In this document: piece after piece, positions 56,320-64,000 of the stretch
Numbering within the stretch: the first letter of the stretch is position 1
How the letters are laid out: every line of letters begins with the position of its first letter
Origin: Eledone cirrhosa
Lineage: Eukaryota
Assembly: GCA_964016885.1 (NCBI GenBank)
Contig: OZ024747.1
Location: 67,084,001-67,148,000, forward strand
Length of the DNA: 64,000 nt
Direction: 5' to 3'
Notes under the pieces: generated by a model
Told to the model about the DNA's origin: nothing
The model's database searches: none
What the model saw: only the letters and a program-made list of their open reading frames with translations
Translations under genes and position numbers: made by a program

Positions 56320-56992
56320 TAATCATCGCTATGATATGATTCTCCCCACCAAACATCTCCCTCTCCCTCTTTCTCTCTCCTGCTCTCTCTCTCTTGCTCT
56401 CCCTCTCTCTCTTTCTCTCTCCTGCTCTCTCTCTTGCTCTCCCTCTCTCTCTCTTTCTCTCTCCTGCTCTCTCTCTCTTGCTCTCTCCTGCTCTCTCTCT
56501 TGCTCTCCCCCTCTCTCCTTCTCTCTCCTGCTCTCTCTCTTGCTCTCCCTCTCTCTCTTTCTCTTACACACATATATAGTCACTTCTAAGGTGTCTCAGC
56601 TAAGACGTAACTATTTTGTCATAGCCAGTGTCACAAAATCTTGTCACCCCTATGATGTCATCTCTATGATGTCACCTCCATGATGTCACTATCTATGATG
56701 TCATTTTCATAGAGAAAAAGAAACACAAATATATTTATATATATATATATATAATTGTTTCTACTTTTGGCACAAGGTCAGCAATTACACACACACACAT
56801 GCATATACACCACATACACACACATGTATATCTATATACAAATTATATATAATTGTGTATTTTTTCTCTTTAATTTCACATTTACGTCGCCATTTACCTT
56901 TTTTAATTTCTACTTATACACAGAAACACACATTCACTCTCACACACACAACCACACTCATATGTATATATATATATACATACATATATACA

Positions 56993-57082
<90 letters not shown>

Positions 57083-57124
57083 CATATACATATATATACA
57101 TATATATACAAATATATATATATA

Positions 57125-57176
<52 letters not shown>

Positions 57177-57178
57177 CA

Positions 57179-57241
<63 letters not shown>

Positions 57242-57393
57242 ATTAATGTATATATAGCGAGGGAGTGTAACGCGGAGTTTTCACCCGGGTGAGCACTCGA
57301 TGTTTAGGTTCACGTCAGTATGGAGGTGTAGAGCTAGACAGAGGGTAGTATAATAATGAGGGTAGTATAATAATGAGGGTAGTATAATAATAA

Positions 57394-57493
57394 AGGCCTG
57401 CAATTTTGGGGTGGGAGAAAGTCGGTTAAATCGACCCCAGTACATGACTGGTACTTTATTTTATCGACCCCGTAAGGATGAAAGGCAAAGTTA
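57394..57493 (-). mobile_element. Partial Deu/Nin-like SINE abutting the fold-back at 57496
   Basis: TTTTATCGACCCCGTAAGGATGAAAGGCAAAGTT. Confidence 0.8.
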
Positions 57494-57572
57494 AAGGACG
57501 AATGGTTACTCCTTAATTATGTTTATTGGTTGGTGGCGCGCGTTTTGCTATTGCTCGTCGGACCTCTGTGGA

Positions 57573-57657
57573 GGTCCGACGAGCCATTGATTACAGAGTC
57601 GGACTAGATCGGTACAGATCGAACCTTTAGCTGATCAATAGCGAAACGCGCGTCACC
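57573..57657 (+). ncRNA. Hammerhead ribozyme, C4 variant (CCGACGA), inside fold-back 57496-57693
   Basis: GGT-CCGACGA-GCCATTGAT...ATCAATAGC-GAAA-CGCGCG-TC-ACC, followed by AATAAA. Confidence 0.78.
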
Positions 57658-57699
57658 AACCAATAAACGTAATGAAGGAGTAACCATTCGTCCCTGTTG

Positions 57700-57794
<95 letters not shown>

Positions 57795-57899
57795 TATATA
57801 TTATATGAAAGTTTGATAATAAGAAATGTCGAGAATGGAGAATGAGTAAGTGAGGCAGAGGAAGAGAGTTACTATTAAATGTTTACACTTTCTTACAGC

Positions 57900-58252
57900 T
57901 ACTCCCCCTCGCAGGGCTCGCACCTGCGGGCACTCAATTCTTCTCCGATAGCAGTGAACAGGGATGTGGTTCAGGACCAAAAACGCCGGAAGTTTTCACT
58001 GACACATGCTCAACGACAAACCTATCAGAATGCGGCTGATGGTTTGGACGTTTGCCCTCTTTTGCCTGGCAGGCAGCGAGGCCTTGGTCTGCTAGCCCAA
58101 TGCACCAGGTTGCTGCTAGAGAAGGTGCCACAACAATTAACATCCCAGATGAAGGGTTTACCCCCGTGGAACCGGAAGGTTGTCATGCTGTCTGGCCTTT
58201 TGCAGTCCCCTCGGTCCAGCCCCGCTGGCTCGAGCTGGCAAAGGAAGCCTGA
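57900..58252 (-). pseudogene. CRE-clade non-LTR retrotransposon, restriction-like endonuclease fragment
   Basis: A minus frame not in the ORF track reads LEPAGLDRGDCKRPDSMTTFRFHGGKPFIWDVNCCGTF. After a frameshift it continues AACQAKEGK...VSVKTSGVFGPE. This matches EPxGLxRxDGKRPDGxT..W..G..LxWD and AVETxGxxGP. Confidence 0.75.
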
Positions 58253-59207
58253 GATATTTTCTTATATGTACGATATCCGATTCAGTTGTTGAAATAAAGT
58301 TATTGACAAAACTCAGATTTTTATGTAGATCTATTCATAGAGTGGTTAAAATTCTATTAATTTGAATATGAGTATTTTTAATCATGTTTATTATTGACAC
58401 CATTGAATCATCGCTCAAAGACGGAAACATTGATTTTTTTAGTTCTAAAACTAATGTAATCTATATTATTCTTGTTGACTATACCTACCTCATCATTAGA
58501 AGGCTTAATTTGCCTGAATTTTGCTTTGCTAATGACATTGTATTTGTTGTCTTTAAGAGTTAAGTAGAGTTTACGTAAACGTAACAGTTCAACTCTCTAA
58601 TATATTTTAACGTTAGTGTCTATTTCGTCGGCTTCGAGGTGTATGGATTTGTTAGTTGGTTTTTCTGTACCATGTGCTGATATTCTTAGACAATATTACT
58701 ATGGTTTGCAGTTTATTTTCTATAGAATTTTCTTTAAATTATATATGAATTTTTTTCAAACTAAGCGCTCTTTACTTAGAAAAATTGGCTTCGAATACAT
58801 TGGTTTTTTTTTTCGTATGTGGAGGTTATTTCTCTCGTTCTTCATCCAAATTAGGCATTACGAGACAGCTTTTGTTCAAAGCCTACGTTTGTTTTCTTTT
58901 TCCTTTTATGATAGCTCCAGAGTACAGGCGCATTCGTTCGTTGTGATGTCAGGGAGTTCGCTTCATAAAAATAAAGAGACAAAAGAATAAAAGAATACAT
59001 TTATTAAGGAAGATGCGAGAAATGATAGCTCAACTCAATGTAAAACTAAATCGATTGATAATGTCGAAAAGAAAATGTCAGTGAAAAATAAAACCATTGG
59101 TTGTCTTTGAGTTAATTGACGTTTCAGATTATTCAGGTTAAATAAAAGAAAGATGACAGAAATATTAACGGTGAGACAAAAGTCTAAACAGTGTAAACTA
59201 TTCCGTA

Positions 59208-59238
<31 letters not shown>

Positions 59239-59387
59239 TAAGGAGTTGAGGGACCCACCAGATTTATCAATGCCAGGACCGGTTGTATCTCAGCGTACTC
59301 AATAGGTAATGTAGGATACATTCCCAGAGTATACACATAGTTATTCGCTTCAATACAACACACGTAAAACGGGTGCCTATAATAGTT

Positions 59388-59427
59388 CCCGGACTCGAGT
59401 TTCGGCCACACTTAGTTCATCAGCAGG
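59388..59427 (-). ncRNA. Minimal hammerhead ribozyme, canonical core, eroded stem II
   Basis: CCTG-CTGATGA-ACTAAGTGTGGCC-GAAA-CTCGAG-TC-CGGG. Confidence 0.7.
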
Positions 59428-60089
59428 GTGCACTGCACCCTCTGTATATATTATGCATATATTATGCAACATTGCATAATCGGCGTATGAGGCTTCATCA
59501 ACGGGTATCGCCTAATCAATAACCATATATATATATATATGAGAATTACTGTCATTATAACTGCCATAAAGACGGCAATATTGACAGCAACAAAACACCA
59601 GTACATGATGTCCGTAGTCATTATTCTGTCACTTGATGTCAATAGCATCCGACAATAATGAAAATAAACACACATAAAAATATGCCTGATTTAAAAGCTC
59701 TTTTAACTATCTCCTGACAATAACCTCTAATTTCATGGTAGAAGCCACTATATAATTCATAACTATCTATATAAATAAAAGTCGAATCGTCTCCGTCCGT
59801 GTGTCAATCAGCTCGTATGATGAATGAGTTAAAATGAAGGAAGGGGGATGGTGAAAATTCTACGGCAAAAATCAAAAGAAAAAATCAGAGTTTCAACTTT
59901 TGCTCAAAACTCTGTGAGTATATATGTGTGTGTGCGTGTGAATGTATGAATGTGTAAAAGTGAGGAAGGGGGATGGTGTAAAAACCTATGCTCTTTGTGA
60001 ATGTATGTCTCCAAAGGAGAATGGACTGGTGAGTAAATAATTATCATCATCATCGTCATCATCATCATTGTCATCATCATCGTGGGTGG

Positions 60090-60797
60090 AGATAGGGTGG
60101 TAAAATGCGGCACTTCGAAGATAGGGTGCCGCATTTATAGCACTGCGGAGCTACGGTGTCACATTATGGCACTGGGAAGCTTGAGTGACACAGTATGGCA
60201 ATATGGAGCTAGGGTTGTGCAGTATGCCAATGGTGAGATACGATGGCAAAATATGGCACTTTGAAGCTAGGATGTTGCAGTATGGCACTTTGAAGCTAGG
60301 ATGTCGCAGTATGGCATTGCGGAGCTAGGGTGACACACTATGGAACTGGGAGGCTAGGGTGAAGCAGTATACCACTAGTAAGATAGGGAGACAAAATACA
60401 GCGCTTCGAATCTAAGGTGCCGCAATATGGCACTGCGGAGCTAGGGGAAGTTTGAGGGACACAGTATGAAAATATGGAACTAGGATGTTGCAGTATGGCA
60501 ATCGAGAGATAGGGTGGGAAAATATGTCACTTTGAAGCAAGAGTGCCGCACTATGGCACTGCGGAGCTAGGATGGCACACTATGGAACTGGTGATCTTCA
60601 GTGACACAATATAGAAATATGGTGCTAGGGTGACTCCATATGGTAATGGGGAGATAGTGTGGGAAAATATGGCAATTTGAAGCTAGGGTGCCGCACTATG
60701 GCAACGCGGTGCTACGGTAGAAATCTATGGCACTGGGAAGTTTCAGTGGTACAGTACGGAAATATGGAACTAGGTTGCCGCACTATGGCACTGCGGA
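60090..60797. repeat. 29-bp minisatellite with a 5-monomer (~145-bp) higher-order repeat
   Basis: Monomer about GCTAGGGTGCCGCACTATGGCACTGCGGA; variant monomers recur in a fixed order. Confidence 0.85.
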
Positions 60798-60819
60798 TGT
60801 AGTCTAACAAAATAAATTG

Positions 60820-61000
60820 GAATAGACTTCCGTCAGTTTCGACGAGGAGTATTCTAGTTGTTCGATCAATGGAACATTCTACTCGTGAAATTAACATAGT
60901 AAGTTAATGAGCGTTCCACTGATGCATGTAGCCATAATGTACACCTCGGGGAAATTTAGCATGACAGTGTATTATAAGGCTGGCCATTTGAATTGCAAGT
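60820..61000. mobile_element. Degenerate SINE body (weaker opposite-strand relatives near 3120-3190 and 3460-3550)
   Basis: TTCCGTCAGTTTCGACGA...TCGTGAAATTAAC...AAGGCTGGCCATTTGAATT. Confidence 0.45.
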
Positions 61001-61169
61001 ATAGTCCACCCGACAAGCGTTAAAACAGTTTTCATCTACCCAATTTCTTTGTGTCCAGCCTTTTATTTAAGGAACATACAAAATAAAGATATAAACACAT
61101 GTACATGCACACATACATAAATATAGGCATACACGCACACATACATGTCTTTGCAAGATATTTAAATTG

Positions 61170-63100
61170 ATAATGCCCTTCTCACGACATGGACAGTGCC
61201 AGTCAGCACTATTTGTATTTCATGCAGAAATGGCTTTCCAAGTATCTGGTCCAAATATTTTTCATTTCCCTTTTTTATCATCCCCAAATGCACCGATTAT
61301 TACAAATATTGTACAGGTTTTAAGATGCCACATTTTCTGAATTTGAATTTGTCAGATTTTTATTATTATTGAGATTTCAGAGCGCTTTCGAGGTGTTACG
61401 ATCTGATGGAATGCTCATATCTATTAAGAAGTATGTTTTCTTTTTATGGTCCTTTCCAATTATATCAGGTCTGTTGGCCTTGATCATTCTGTTCGTGCTC
61501 ACAGAGAAGTCCTCCATATGATTGTCACATTCTCGCCTCATGTACTGCATCTGGGTGGTGGTTGAATCATACCCCTCTGTTTTTATACCATAAAACCTGT
61601 ATATTACCCAGTGGAAATATTACTCTACTATATTATGACTCATTTTATATTCATGGGGAGCTAATACTTTGCAGCCTGAAAGGTGGTCAATGGTTTCAAC
61701 ATACTCATTGCAAAACCACACTTTGAATCAGTTACCTTTCTGATCACATTTACTTGAAAGTTGCGCGTTGAAAGAAATTGGTCCGCACTCTCTGCTTTTA
61801 GCTCCTGATGAATGAGAGTTTGATCTACATCAGGTTCTTTGCTACGGAGAACATACTGTCCATGCAGTGGTTTTTGCTCCCGTCTAGTGTACAGTGTGCC
61901 TTGACTTAAATGCTTTGCCAAGATGTTCATGTTCTTTGCAGCTTTAACTGCAGAATCAACATCATGTTCAAAATGTCTTCCCAAGTCTTCCGCAAACTTT
62001 CTTCTTTTCTTTATGATTGAATGTAACCTCTTCTTCCTTTTATGATCTGCAGCTATTTTCACCATCCAGTCATCTGTAATTCTAAGGCTTTGTTCGATTC
62101 TAATGGTTGATATTTTGCATGACACCTCAGGCTGGACCATTCCTCTATCTCCGTTTTGTCTAGGATGATGTAATTTATTACAGGTCAGATGTATGATATT
62201 GAAACTATATGTGGCAACTGGAACTGCAAGCACATTTATGGAAGATATTTCTCTCTTTTATGCTGGCATGGTGGATACCTTGGACTTCATTGACACATGC
62301 ATATCTATAGGTTTGTCCCTGTTCTAGTTCCCTAATTATTGTACTTACATATATTTCCATTGAGTTTGTGTTTGTCATTCTACCTTTCTTGAATGTTGCT
62401 ATGTCGCATTTTTCCACTCCAAGCCCAATTCTTACATCATCGCCGAACACCTTAACTGTCTCCAACAGTTCTTCCAATGTGCTCTCAGTTTTGGCATGCA
62501 GTTTCAAGTCATCCATATAAAACAGATGATTTATGGTTTTGTTGTCTAATTATTTTGTTGGCTGCCAGCGACAACGGTGTGAGTGCAATGCAAAACACCA
62601 CAGGAGAAAACGAATCACTTTGTAAAATACCACAGTGTTGGAATTTATAGATCCATTACTGTGTGACAGTGATAGATTTGCATTCCATGAAAATATATTG
62701 TATTTCAGGAAGTTTGATACTACTGGAGAAATTTTCAAAACATACAAAGTTTTCAAAGTCCATGCGTATGGAACAGTATAAAATACTTTCTTATAGTCAA
62801 TCCAAGCTATACTCAAAGTTCTGTGCTTGTTATGGCAGTTATCCAGAATCATACGGTTAATGAAAAGTTGATCTTTGCAAATGTAAGACACACAGCAACA
62901 TTTCTACTCAATAGGGAAAATATGATTTTAATCCATAAATTTGTAGGTTGTATCAGCTAAGATCGAGTTGAGAATTGTATATGCTGTGGGAAGGCAAGTG
63001 ATAGCACGACAATTGTTTGGAATATGTTTTCTGTAGAGAGATATGTTATACCTTGTGAAAATCGATCAGGAGTTTTCTCATGGTTCTGCAAAATTTCGTG
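61170..63100 (-). pseudogene. R4/Dong-clade LINE (RT + restriction-like endonuclease), degenerate, 5'-truncated
   Basis: NCRAITCLPTAY, CKDQLFIN, AWIDYKKVFYTVP, INHLFYMDDLKL, KPLHGQY, ANRPDII, LIDMSIPSD, IIGAFG. Confidence 0.88.
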
Positions 63101-63113
63101 AGAACATTTATAA

Positions 63114-63194
<81 letters not shown>

Positions 63195-63199
<5 letters not shown>

Positions 63200-63373
63200 A
63201 AGTGTGGTAAGGAACCAGATGGACCATAACGTACCAGAGTACTCTACTCATTACTTAAGGTAGTAGAGTGGGTAATAGGAAAATGTGTAACCCCGACGGC
63301 AGAGCTCAAGCCAAGTCCAGAAATAGCCGTCGAAACGGCTTGAGCTCTGCCGTCGGGGTTAAACATTTTCCTA
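63195..63373. mobile_element. Hairpin-ended TA-flanked repeat family (left arm partly deleted)
   Basis: Same family as 16199 and 33040; loop AGTCCA. Confidence 0.9.
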
Positions 63374-63387
63374 TATATATATATATA

Positions 63388-64000
<613 letters not shown>

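Noticed and set aside
57879-58292. 137-aa plus-strand ORF as a host exon
   Set aside because: The opposite strand matches a retrotransposon endonuclease motif with a frameshift.

Overview
Eukaryotic, AT-rich, microsatellite-saturated non-coding DNA. The SINE repertoire and the density of (TA)n/(CA)n/(ATAC)n tracts suggest a cephalopod such as Octopus, which is an inference. I found no convincing host exon, and most ORFs in the track are microsatellite artefacts. The real coding remnants are all transposon-derived: two Neptune-type Penelope-like elements (PLEs; RT + GIY-YIG) at 30.5-32.8 kb and 48.4-50.9 kb, R4/Dong, CRE, RTE and CR1-like LINE fragments, an internally deleted mariner, hAT and Tc1 MITEs, and many tRNA-derived SINEs. 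The most striking hidden signal is about 20 type-I hammerhead ribozyme folds. Eleven have a canonical CUGANGA/GAAA/UH core, and others carry recurrent U3-A8 or C4 core variants. Most sit in short non-coding cassettes flanked by (TA)n, often fold-back, from many unrelated families. These cassettes share a YYGAGTRC-like motif about 40-60 nt from their end, and one family shows flip/flop inversion of its hairpin loop. All folds were read by eye, and ribozyme activity is untested.
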